A stretch of DNA of 64,000 nucleotides. It comes from Chrysomallon squamiferum (lineage: Eukaryota; Animalia; Mollusca). Below the pieces are notes generated by a model. That model saw nothing but the letters and a program-made list of their open reading frames with translations. It ran no database searches and was not told where the DNA came from. The stretch is from contig CM022669.1 of NCBI GenBank assembly GCA_012295275.1, positions 18,228,001-18,292,000 on the forward strand, in the 5' to 3' direction. Shown here piece after piece: positions 1 to 12,445 of this stretch. The position numbers and the translations under genes are program-made. Position 1 is the first letter of the stretch. Every line of letters begins with the position of its first letter.

Positions 1-35
1 GTTTAGCATCTTTTCCAAAACAAGAAGGCTGCCAC
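1..35 (-). CDS. ASMT: ASMT-like exon 7, truncated by the window edge (GGSLLVLEKMLN...)
   Basis: Acceptor TTACAAAG|GT. Continues PP-GGSLLVLE, matching the KPGGGILVIE motif of ASMT. Confidence 0.88.
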
Positions 36-39
36 CTTT

Positions 40-93
<54 letters not shown>

Positions 94-171
94 GAGTAGA
101 ATAATATAGTATAATTATTTAAATGCTAAAGCGGAATTATTCAGTGACACGCTTTGAAATCGACAAGAATT

Positions 172-174
<3 letters not shown>

Positions 175-244
<70 letters not shown>
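175..244. repeat. (CT)n microsatellite in ASMT intron 6; one of ~17 long (AG/CT)n tracts in the window
   Basis: Direct inspection; similar tracts at e.g. 14303, 15101, 18261, 19544, 26469, 31895, 33698, 34965, 35464, 38675, 48035, 54017. Confidence 0.95.
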
Positions 245-248
<4 letters not shown>

Positions 249-282
249 GTTCATTTTTCTTTTTTGTATAAAAATGATATAC

Positions 283-405
283 CTGGAGGAAGTTTGTTAA
301 AAACCTTGCTCAGCAAAAGATCGATGTTCGCTCTGTCCCAATCGTGAATCACGTGACCAAGTACAAATAAATCGGCGGCAGGCAACGAGTCCTTGAAGAA
401 ATCTC
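283..405 (-). CDS. ASMT: ASMT-like exon 6 (GDFFKDSLPAADLFVLGHVIHDWDRANIDLLLSKVFNKLPP)
   Basis: Acceptor ACTGCAG|GA, donor CAG|GTATAT, 123 nt, phase 1-1. GDFF and catalytic HDW motifs of class II O-methyltransferases. Confidence 0.95.
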
Positions 406-576
406 CTGCAGTGATTGAAAATACATACATACGTGTGCGCGCTCCAATAGATTTTTCAATAGCTGCATGTTTTGTACGTGTGTGTGTGTGTGTGTGTGCA
501 TTTACGTACCTATGCATGTGGAAATATATTATTTAAATAAACATATATAATTACACACACATATAAAAATACACAC

Positions 577-717
577 CTGCCATGAACTGAACTCTGGGTT
601 TTGTGAGTTCTGGTTGTAACTTTTTGGCTATTTGTGTTGTATGTTGAAGATCGTACACAGTCACGTGCATGTTGTTGTACACTCTTGTAAGTTCGTAGGC
701 AAAACAGCCAGAGCTTC
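577..717 (-). CDS. ASMT: ASMT-like exon 5 (GSSGCFAYELTRVYNNMHVTVYDLQHTTQIAKKLQPELTKPRVQFMA)
   Basis: Manual translation (different frame from the ORF-track call). Acceptor CTTTGTAG|GA, donor CAG|GTGTGT, 141 nt, phase 1-1. Completes DLGGxxG and contains the TVYDL acidic SAM-ribose motif. Confidence 0.92.
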
Positions 718-1334
718 CTACAAAGTAAGCAGTCTGTTAATAACTTCTTAATATTGAGAGATACTAAATTAAAACAAAACAATTACAAATAACCATGTTT
801 ATTATAAAACGTAATCAGAGTTGCTAAACAGCTTTAAAAATAAAAACAGCTTTCAACCAAGGATGTGTGCTCTTCTTCCGTAAATCACTAGTAAATGGCA
901 AAAATATAGTATTTTTCCTACAAATATCATTAACATTTACATACTCTTTATAACCCCCCCCAAAAAAAAACAACCCCAAAACAACACCAAACAAAAACAA
1001 CAATACATCCCCCAAAAAACAACAACAACAAAAAACAAAACAATTATAATAAATGTCAAAGGTATTTTTTTTTTTTTTTTTTTACAGGTATAAAAAGAAC
1101 GAAAAAACCCACTGAAGCCACATTAAGAGCAACTTTTACTGAAATGCGGCAAGGAATATTTTAATACATACTGTCGTTCATACATAAATCGACGGATGGG
1201 TGGGTGAGTTTAATATTTTGAAACGGGAAATCGAACAATGAGAAGAAATTACCACTTATTTCCCATTCCAACCACGGTGACACAACCCGATCCCTATAAT
1301 ACACAAACATGTTACAGTACAATTTGTTCCGTAC

Positions 1335-1613
1335 CTCCGAGGTCAACCGCCATCTTGTGTCCACTAAGGTCAAAAGCTCGAGCCATGGTGGCCGCACACT
1401 GGGCAGCCAGACCATCCATGCAAGACATGAACATCATCGTCATGTCCGTGGGCCGGCCGGTGTTGCTGTCGTCGTTGTTGTTGTTGATTTCAGAGTCTGG
1501 CTTGTCAGGTTTTTGAATCTGCGGTATTTTCTTTTTGGTTTGGTTCATCGACGAGTTGATGTTCTTCAGTTCACCTCCGTGCATCATCAAAAGACTGGTT
1601 TTATCTGAAGTTC
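1335..1613 (-). CDS. ASMT: ASMT-like exon 4 (low-complexity linker, then FMSCMDGLAAQCAATMARAFDLSGHKMAVDLG)
   Basis: Acceptor TTTTATCTAG|GA, donor GAG|GTACGG, 279 nt, phase 1-1. AFDLS...DLGG SAM-binding motif I as in ASMT. Confidence 0.9.
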
Positions 1614-1648
1614 CTAGATAAAACATTTAAATGTTAATTAATTATTAC

Positions 1649-1731
<83 letters not shown>

Positions 1732-1745
1732 AAGAAGAAGAAGAA

Positions 1746-1778
<33 letters not shown>

Positions 1779-1869
1779 AATAATGATGATGATGATGGTG
1801 ATAATGAGGAGGATGAGGAGGATGAGGGTGATGTCGATGATGGTATAATTACAATGATAATGACGACGA

Positions 1870-1910
<41 letters not shown>
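1649..1910. repeat. Compound trinucleotide microsatellite (AAT)n(AAG)n(GAT)n...(ATT)n in ASMT intron 3
   Basis: Direct inspection. Confidence 0.95.
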
Positions 1911-2181
1911 CATATATTGTAAGTATCCATCGAACGTCCAAAGGATACACAGACACTTTTTATGATGTAAATTTCAAATATGGTATCCCTGTTATATCGT
2001 ATCTTATCACGCTATCTTAATTAATGTCATATCATACATTCTATATCATATATGACATTATGATTAAAATTCAGATTGATCTCTACAAATTTATTTCTAC
2101 ATAACAAATGCATGCTGTTTCGCCGCCGAAGAGTTATAATAATTACTTTTTATCACCTGTAATTAAAGCGGTTAAGCTTAC

Positions 2182-2322
2182 CTGTCTTTAGAATGTGGGG
2201 GAGGTTGTCAATCAAAGGCAATATCATCCGAGCCTCGCTCATTATTACAGGTATTAGAGTCGGTCGCTTCGATCGAGTCAGGTATTTTGTGGTGGACATG
2301 GCGTTTTTGTAGGCAAAGGATC
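2182..2322 (-). CDS. ASMT: ASMT-like exon 3 (GSFAYKNAMSTTKYLTRSKRPTLIPVIMSEARMILPLIDNLPHILKT)
   Basis: Acceptor GTTTCAG|GA, donor CAG|GTAAG, 141 nt, phase 1-1. Y-x-N...YLT motif typical of ASMT (FYRNTELSSDYLT). Confidence 0.9.
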
Positions 2323-2773
2323 CTGAAACGGTATTTATAAACAAATAAAAATAAATAAAAATAAAAATAAAAATAAAAAACTCGAAAAACCAGACCCCTC
2401 CCACAAGAAGAAGAAGATAGAAAAAAAAAGGGTTAAAGAAAGAAAACGAGACAAACAACAACAGACAAAAACAACAATAACACGGATGTTAATAAATAAA
2501 AACAGAATTTAAAATACGTAATAAATATTGTGAACTTTATGGAAAAAACGTTCCCCCATCTGTATGTCGTTCTAACTATCTATCTGTTCATTATCAAATA
2601 TTCAGCAATTACCCCAAGAGTGTTTTATTGCAAGAGTTCGTTCACTCTGACTTTGAATTCGGTGTCGTTATATTGTTTTATTTAAATAAATAAATAGATA
2701 GATAAATAAATAAATAAATAAAAATTAAAATAAAATAAATAAATAAAAATTAAAATAAAATAAATGTTGCTAC

Positions 2774-2945
2774 CATCTTTATTTCTGGTCTTTTCGAGCA
2801 GACGGAGACACACTAAAGTGTTGAGAAATCGTTCTGTGACGTCTAAATTGTAGCCGCACTTCCGGGACAAACCCGCTGCAGTGATTGGCTCGCCGAAAGC
2901 CTCGATTTCGTCGAACAGACCCAGTTCCAGAGCCTGGAGCAAGAC
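2774..2945 (-). CDS. ASMT: ASMT-like exon 2, dimerisation/winged-helix region (VLLQALELGLFDEIEAFGEPITAAGLSRKCGYNLDVTERFLNTLVCLRLLEKTRNKD)
   Basis: Acceptor TTTTACTTCAG|GTC, donor G|GTAGCA, 172 nt (phase 0 to 1). Strong similarity to the ASMT N-terminal ELGVFD...LLDICVSLKLL segment. Confidence 0.92.
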
Positions 2946-4420
2946 CTGAAGTAAAACAGTATTATAAAGATTAATTTTAGAAGAAGAAGAAGACGATGAC
3001 AATGCAGTAAAGACACGACTATCAAGAAAAAAAAGTTGGAAGTTTAATTCTCCGTACGCCTATAACGTTATTTATTCTACAAGCCACCAGACTATTATAT
3101 TAAAGGTCGTGGTAGGTACTATCATGTCTGCATGAAATCCACATATGGAGACATGTAAAAGATACATACATACATACATACATACGTAGATACATTTATG
3201 CATACATATATCTTTATATCTAAGATGATTACATACAGAGACAGACAAACAAACACGTACGTACGTACACATACAGGTTGGTAGATATACGTCAAATGCA
3301 AGGCTAAATTAGAACGTAACGCTTGGCAGAAGTTTTGCAGTATGAATTAACTACCAATATATAAAAAAGGAATCAATGGATACACCATTTCACAAAAAAA
3401 AAAAAAAAAAAAAAAAAGAAGATAAAGGATAAAAAATAAGAAAAGTTAATAACCCAGAAAAGAAATCTACCCTATAAGGATATCATATACCGTACTGTCA
3501 CCTTTATTGAGGCAAATAAAAGAGCATTATTTGGAAATAAATCAAAGTGTTCAGGCGCATGTCAGTCGGATAATAAACAGTTAGGGCTACGTTATGTGAT
3601 TGGGTTACTAGTGGTTTTTACGTCATTCCCAGTTCGAGGGTCTACGTGTCTAGAATGACGTAAAGGAAGACATTATTGCTAAGATTTCCTATTGTGCCGT
3701 AAATTACGAATCGATAGCGTTCTAAAAACCACTGCCTCAGCACTTTGCGTGTTGTTTACTTGTACATTCAAGGTCGCTTACATGCACTGGTTATTCGGTA
3801 GAAGGGATTTAGGTTCAAATAGACAGTAATTTTCCCGATCTAACTGTTGTGTTGTTATTATTGTTATTATTATTATAAGGAAAAAAGAAAGAAAGAAAGA
3901 AAATGTAAAGAGTTCTGACATAAAATCTTTTGTTAGATAGTTTTCAGTTTTAATCACTGCTGTGCCATTTCGTCTTTCCTTCAAGATGGAATGAATTTCA
4001 TTATTAAAATAAATAAATAAATAAAAAATAAATCATGAAAGAAGGAAAGAGAGAAATAAAAATACATTATACAGAAAACTAATTCGAAAACGAAAAACCA
4101 AATAAAACTTTAACCCTCCCATAAAAAAATTGCGGATCTATATTTGCTTAATAAGGATATTCGTTTTATTTCAAACAATTTAAACAATAAACGTATATTA
4201 ATGTGCATAAATATATTATGAATACATCCAAATGATTTATTTATTTATTTATTTATTAATAATGACGCATAAAAGAAAAATGTACAATTAAAATAATATA
4301 TTGGCGAAGCCATTTTCTTTAGTTGTGACGTCACTACGCACACTGTGACACATATATCCACCCACGTGAAAACACACACACACACACACACATACGGACA
4401 TACGGGCAAATAAAAACAAC

Positions 4421-4457
<37 letters not shown>

Positions 4458-4641
4458 AAACACACTACAAAACCCACAAAATAAACATGTATCACATCAG
4501 CACGTTCATGATGACGTCACAACTATAGTGGTTATCGGTTAAAATGGCGATGTTGAAATAACGCGCGGCTGTATTATATTATCGCAGTAATCTGCTATTA
4601 ACGACGATAGTTAGTGCAAACCAAATAAAACAATAACTTGC

Positions 4642-4675
<34 letters not shown>

Positions 4676-5743
4676 ATTTAATAATGTTCTAGACAATTCA
4701 TACATACCTTTAATATTACACTTTCGGTGTTAAAGTTCCTTAAATTTTAATTGTAATTTATTACTAATTACTTAAATATATATATATGTAAGGAAGGATG
4801 GTAGGTATTCCCGAAAATGATCTAATTGTTTTTAGGCCGATACATCACATAATCGATGAACTGATTTTGGCTTAGCTTTTCAAACTAAACAACAACAACA
4901 ACAACAACTGCACTCCCATAAAAAAGGAAAAAAAAATCAAAACCATTCAACAATAAAGTTAATGGTTTTTTTTATTCATTATAATATTATTATTATTATT
5001 ATCCATATTTCTAAATCTCTGTGTTTTCGTTTCATATCTGGAAGAGGTTTGGTTCTGGTGCCACTGTCTCCCCACTTCTCTTGTCATTATACTAAATATA
5101 TACACCTACCCATAGGCAGGGAGACACATACCAAGTTAAAACCGACTACTGACTAGGCGAGAACTCTGCTACATAAATAAGCGAAGATATCGGCTTTTTT
5201 TGTTGCATCATTCGTCATTAACAGACCGTGAAGGTCACCGTAATCACGTTCGCCTCGAATGTTGAGCGAAGGTTCGTGAAGGCGTGCTTTAATGTTCAAA
5301 TGTTCTCGAGAAAGAAAAATAGGCTTGATGAAAATATAAACCTTTTCAAATTTTTTTGTTTGTTTTAAAGTTTTTAGGGAAATCCGTACAGATCAAAGAG
5401 ATGAAAGAAAAATAGAAACACCCGCCCCACCCTGTACACAAAAGGAAAAACGAAAAAAGAAAAAATGCGGTCGTAAAAAAAAGCATAAAGGTAGGAGGAA
5501 ATTGCTGTGTACTTTTAGCATTCTGAATTATTTAATTATTTAATTAAATGTAACTATAAAATATAGATATATAAAACTTTTACTAACAATAAAGTATCAT
5601 TTCATAAAATAAATAATAACAACAAAAGAAACCTCTAAACCTCTTCGCCCCACAAAACAAAAACATGCCAAATCATAAAAACTGAGAGAGAGAGAGTAGC
5701 AAAATTTGTCACATACAATTAAGAAAGAGCATTTATTTTGTAA

Positions 5744-5779
<36 letters not shown>

Positions 5780-6462
5780 ATTCATTTGCTTAAAATATCT
5801 TTTTGAAATAAGATGCAAAAGTAAAAAGGCGTCACTTTGTTCCAAAATCCAATTAATTGTAATCTATTTTTTTTTTTTTTTTTTTTTTATATTAACACAT
5901 TTTTATATTTGGAACAACATTTATATGATATTGTCTGTGTATGTGTGACTCTTTGCGATTCTGAATTATTATTATTATTATTAATATTATTTTTTTTTAA
6001 AGGAAAAAAAATAGATTTTGTAAATGGAGAAAAAAGAAAGAAGAACAACAACCACAAAAGTTATTATTAAAAATCACATATTATTTTTATATACATCTGT
6101 AGCAGTGAAGCATATTTTTATAAATCTGAAACAAAGACAGTAATTATGTACTACCAGATCTACTGCTGCAACCTTATTAACTAATAATATAATAATAACA
6201 ATAATAACAACAACAACAATAATAATAATAGTAATAATCATGATAATAATAATAATAAATAATAATAATAAAATAATAATAATAATAATCATGATGATGA
6301 TAATAATAATAATAATAATAATAATCATAAATATAAATATAAAACAACAACGTTCACCATCATCAGAATCTCCAATATTAACTATAAACACAACAGCAAT
6401 TACTATTATGCTTATAAATTAATTAATTAACTAATTAATTAGTTAATTAAAACTGAACTTAC

Positions 6463-6552
6463 CCCAAGACGTCTGGCTCCAAAAACAAGGTCCATAATCG
6501 GGTCCGCAGCACTGTCCGATTTCAACATGTTATCTACGATCAAGTCATTCAT
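6463..6552 (-). CDS. ASMT: ASMT-like O-methyltransferase, coding exon 1 (MNDLIVDNMLKSDSAADPIMDLVFGARRLG)
   Basis: Manual translation. ATG at 6552-6550 has an in-frame TGA two codons upstream (alternative ATG at 6528). Ends in a consensus donor GG|GTAAGT, phase 0, joining in frame to VLLQALELG; same junction position as vertebrate ASMT (..GFMVSQ|VLFAACELG). Not in the supplied ORF track. Confidence 0.8.
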
Positions 6553-6659
6553 TCTTCAGCTCCTTACGTGTGTAATATAGATAGATATATGTATGTATGT
6601 ATCTATGTATCTAGACTTAGCAGTTGAGAATATCGAAGCGGTTATTAAAAGATACCGGC

Positions 6660-6805
6660 CGGCAAAAACAGCTGAGCAGCAAACAGCTGATTCAGTTTTA
6701 AATACCGCGATCAGCTGTCTAGAAAATGAGAATAGACAGTTTGTTAACCTGTTTTATGACCAATCACAGGGCTGGAATTGTACCGTCCTGGCACCTGATT
6801 GGTCT
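6660..6805 (-). promoter_or_regulatory. Probable proximal promoter of the ASMT-like gene
   Basis: About 110-250 bp upstream of the ATG: three ACAGCTGA E-boxes (CAGCTG cores at 6669, 6684, 6712) and two inverted CCAAT boxes (GACCAATCA 6758-6766, TGATTGGTC 6796-6804). Confidence 0.45.
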
Positions 6806-7540
6806 CTATGTATTACACAAGCACCAAGGAATACCCGTATTACGTTGAAGGCTGAATAATTGATCGCTTTTTTTTTTTTTTTTTTTTTTTTAAAGGGAGA
6901 GTTAATTTGAATAAATGCTATAGTTGATCAGAAAACCATAGGTTAAAAGTTAATACAAGATATACTTCTTGTTATATAAAATGTTGTGTGTATCTATAAT
7001 GTGTGTGTTTATATATATATATGTATATGTTAAGTTTTATTATTATTTAGCAATTTTTTAAATTGGCTTTCAACATTTTGTGTATTTACTTAAAGAGAGA
7101 AAGAAAAAAGAGAATGCTCTTGCACAAGAGATAAAAGTACAAATGCTATATATAAACAAGTCTCTTTTAAGTCGAAGGAAATATTCCATTTGAAAATTAA
7201 TTTAATTTTAATACGATATTTATGCTTGGGAAATTCAAGCAAGCGCTATATTAATTTACTTATGAGCTATAAAAGAAAATGTAAAATAAATAAAAACAAA
7301 TTAATAAAAATTAAAAATTAAAGTAAAAGACATTAACATAAAATAAATTAAAAGGTAACTAAAGAATATCGAAATGATAGATTATTTATTGATGCAAATA
7401 CTTTGGCGATACTCAGTTTTATATGACCTTTTATTTCATTTTCAAAAATATTTGCATGATTAAACACAGGTTTTTTTCTGTACAAACTAATTAAGAGTAA
7501 AGTTTATTATATGCGAGAACAGGAAGAAAGATAGCGAACT

Positions 7541-8602
<1,062 letters not shown>

Positions 8603-8685
8603 GAGAGAAGGACAGAGAGAGAGAGAAAGAGAGAGACGGACAGAGAGAGAGAAATAGAGAGAGAGACGGACAGAAAGAGAGAGAC

Positions 8686-8752
<67 letters not shown>

Positions 8753-9746
8753 GGACAGAAAGAGAGAGAGACAGAGAGAGAGAAAGAGAGAAAGTCAATG
8801 AACTTTATTGTTTATTCTGCAGTGAAAAGGGTGTAAGATGTTAAATAAATGACATGTGATTGATTATATAGGTTCTCTTCAGTCGGGTTACGTAATTAGG
8901 AGTCTGTGTCATGTTTTGCCGATAGCGACCTAATTACCTCGTTGCCTTTGTCAGCTAGTATTGTTTTCAGTTGCTGATTCCTGTCGTCCATAACAATATA
9001 ATCGATTTTCTTGGCATTTATTAAGACATTTCAGTTTGTGTCCATTTAATACAGTTATCATTAACTATTCCTCTTTATCGTGTTGGGCATCAGGAAGCAT
9101 TAATTAACAAATTTTAATTGGTGTCAGTTCTCACGTAGCCTGATCAGAACTTTATTTACACTGAAGCATAATAATAAGGATATTGCATGCTGCAGTTAAT
9201 ATATACAGTGCAGATATAACAAGTCGGTGGGTTTATAGCTATATTTAGGTACATAAGATTAAGGTTTAGCTGTTATATAAAACTGCTGTATTGAAAAATT
9301 TTCCGTCTGGTTTCAGCTTGTCTTTGGGCTGTATTTGTGCACTCGACAGTATTATATTTAAAAGATTTTCAACTGGATTGTTTTTTTTTTTTTAAATAAA
9401 TGAACTGACTTTGTGGGCAACTGCTACTTCGCAGTAATTTAATTCAAGATTATGCACCTTCAGAATAAAGAAAGAAAGAAGGAAAGAAAGAAAAGCAAAG
9501 AGAAATAAATGAAGTTTATTTCCTGAGAAAATAAAAGTAAGAAAAATATCTTCATTAATTTCGACTAATGTCTCAGATATAGTAGACTACCTTTCTACTG
9601 CTTTATTTTTATAATACAATAATAAAAATATATTTTAAATTATAATTTTGGGAAAATAGATTTGAAACTTAATTCCATATTCGTAATTAAAATATATTTA
9701 CTTTTCATAATTCAACTATAAATTAGGTCTAACTCTGGCTTGACTA

Positions 9747-9828
<82 letters not shown>

Positions 9829-9840
9829 GTATATTTATAT

Positions 9841-11260
9841 ATATACTAAACACAGATTGTGTATCATATATACTGGATATAGACCGTTTATGAAGTATAC
9901 AAATACAGAACGACTATCAGGTATACTAGTCACAGTTGTTTACAATGTATCTAATAATAGCGTTACTATTAAACACGTATTTTCGACCGCGTCGACAAAT
10001 TCAGTTCTTGCTGTCATCTTATTTATTCTTTTTGTTTTTTTCGACGCCACCGAAAATACGTGTTTAATAATAATGCTATTATTAGAAATGTCTGGTATAC
10101 TTGATAGTCGATCCGTGTCTTTTATACTTCATAGATGATCTGTATTCAGTATACGTGTGTTTAGTATACTTGATAGACGATCTCTGTCTATTCTACCTGG
10201 TTGAAGACCTGTGTCTAGAGTACTTGATATACAATTTGTCTTTAGTATACTTGATAGTCGATCTGTGTCTTGTATATTTCACAGACGATCTACGTCTAGT
10301 TTACGATCTGTCTTTAGTATGCTTGACAGACGATCTGTTTAGTAGACTTGATACGTGATCCGTCCTTTCTATTTTTGACAGACGATCTGTGTTCAGTATA
10401 CTTGATACACGACCTGTGTTCAGTATACTTGATACACGACCTGTGTTCAGTATACTTGATACACGACCTGTGTTCAGTATACTTGATACACGACCTGTGT
10501 TCAGTATCCTTGATACACGATCTGTGTTCAGTATCCTTGATACACGATCTGTGTTCAGTATACTTGATACACGACCTGTGTTCAGTATCCTTGATATACG
10601 GTCTGTGTTCAGTATACTTGATATACTACCTGTGTTCAGTATACTTGATACACGACCTGTGTTCAGTATCCTTGATATACGGTCTGTGTTCAGTATACTT
10701 GATACACTACCTGTGTTCAGTATCCTTGATACACTACCTGTGTTCAGTATACTTGATATACGGTCTGTGTTTAGTATACTTGATACACTACCTGTGTTCA
10801 GTATACTTGATATACGGTCTGTGTTCAGTATACTTGATACACTACCTGTGTTCAGTATACTTGATACACGACCTGTGTTCAGTATACTTGATATACGGTC
10901 TGTGTTTAGTATAATTCATATATCATCTGTGTTTTTAGTATAATGCGTAGACAATCTGTGTTTAGTATACTTGATATACGGACTGTGTTTAGAAATCTGT
11001 GTTTTAGTATAATTCATAGACAATCTGTGTTTAGTATACTTCATAGACAGCCTCTGAGTAGTATACTTGATACATGGTCTGCGTTTAGTATACTCCATAT
11101 ATACTTCATATACCATCTGTGTTTAGTATAGTTCATAGACGATCTGAACTTTTTTATACTTGACAAATAATCTGTGTCTAGTATATTTGATAATCTGTGT
11201 TTAGATACTTAACAGATTATCTGTCTAACACAAGAGATATAATCTGCGTCTGTATTATAG
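9841..11260. mobile_element. Foldback-like inverted-repeat element with arms built from 27-bp tandem repeats (non-autonomous, ends eroded)
   Basis: 9950-9985 is the reverse complement of 10051-10086 (2 differences in 36 bp); 9989-9995 pairs with 10041-10047. 9841-9935 holds inverted copies of the 27-bp unit that runs forward from ~10089 to ~11240. No transposase or TSD seen. Confidence 0.55.
10384..10896. repeat. 27-bp minisatellite, 19 near-identical units (GACCTGTGTTCAGTATACTTGATACAC)
   Basis: Units counted directly; degenerate copies on both flanks. Explains the 9-aa repeat ORFs at 10348-10943. Confidence 0.97.
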
Positions 11261-12445
11261 CTCAGTAAAGAACAAAACAAAAAAACACACAAAAAAACAT
11301 TAAAACATAAGACACAAACAAAGATAATAATGACGTTTCTCACATTTACACTAAGAATACACAGAAAAACATAACCTGAAGTTTTTGAACTAACTAACTA
11401 ACAAAATAGATAAATAAATAAATGAAAGTGAATAAAATAAAATAAATAACCAAAATAAAAAGGTATATATATATGTGGAGTTGTATAAACTAGACATAAA
11501 CCCAGTCGTTTTTGAAGTTACTAAACTGTCTAGTTTTAAACATTCGCACACAAGTGTTCTGAAAACTTACACAGTGCATAACTTACCAACCACTCCGGGA
11601 GATTATAATTTTTCTTTTCTAGAATATCCGCTTTCGCAGAGCTTTTTCTAAATCATTTTAGCTTTTTCTTTTTTCTTTCGTCTCCTTAAATGTCGATATT
11701 CCAGTTTGCTGAATTTTTATAAGAACAGTTAAAATTTTCAATACATTTTTTAAAATTTATGTAATATATTTAATGTGTTTTATATGATTTTAAATCAAAC
11801 GAAAGTATATTTTGGGAAAATAATACAAAATGTTGTTAATGATTCAGAGCTGTCTAATAAAAATAAAACACGATGATCCCCCCCCCATCAAAGAAACACA
11901 CAGAGAAATATAAATAATTTACAAAAAAAGTTTATAACCTCCCTTGATGCAGCCCTCAAACAACAAGCAAACAACAAAAAAACCCATCAGCAAACAACAA
12001 GAACCCATGAATCTAAGAACAACAAATGCAAAAAAAAAAAAAAAAAAAAAAAAAAATTCACCCAAATTCATCCTCAAAATCACCTAATAACATTACAAAT
12101 CCAACAATTATTGAACAACTTATTCGTGATTTGGAGTGTTTTATTAAAAGTATGTAAAAACCCAAACAATTGTCGATGTAAAAATTGAAAATTACCATTT
12201 ATAAGACGTTTTTTTGTGCGTTTACATACATACCCCCCACACGCACACATATAATACGTAAATACATTTACACACATACATACATAAACAGACGTATACC
12301 TTGCCAACAATAACACCTATATTTACATTGTAATATAAAGCGTGATTTAATTTATTTACATTCATAAACATTTGCATGTATGTACCTTAATAGTCGATAT
12401 CCAATGGTCAATATAAAATGCCTGAGATCGTGTAAACCATTCCTA

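Noticed and set aside
10348-10943. 188-aa and 184-aa ORFs with 9-aa repeats
   Set aside because: Open in two frames only because the 27-bp unit lacks stops there; no splice signals, domain or unique termini.
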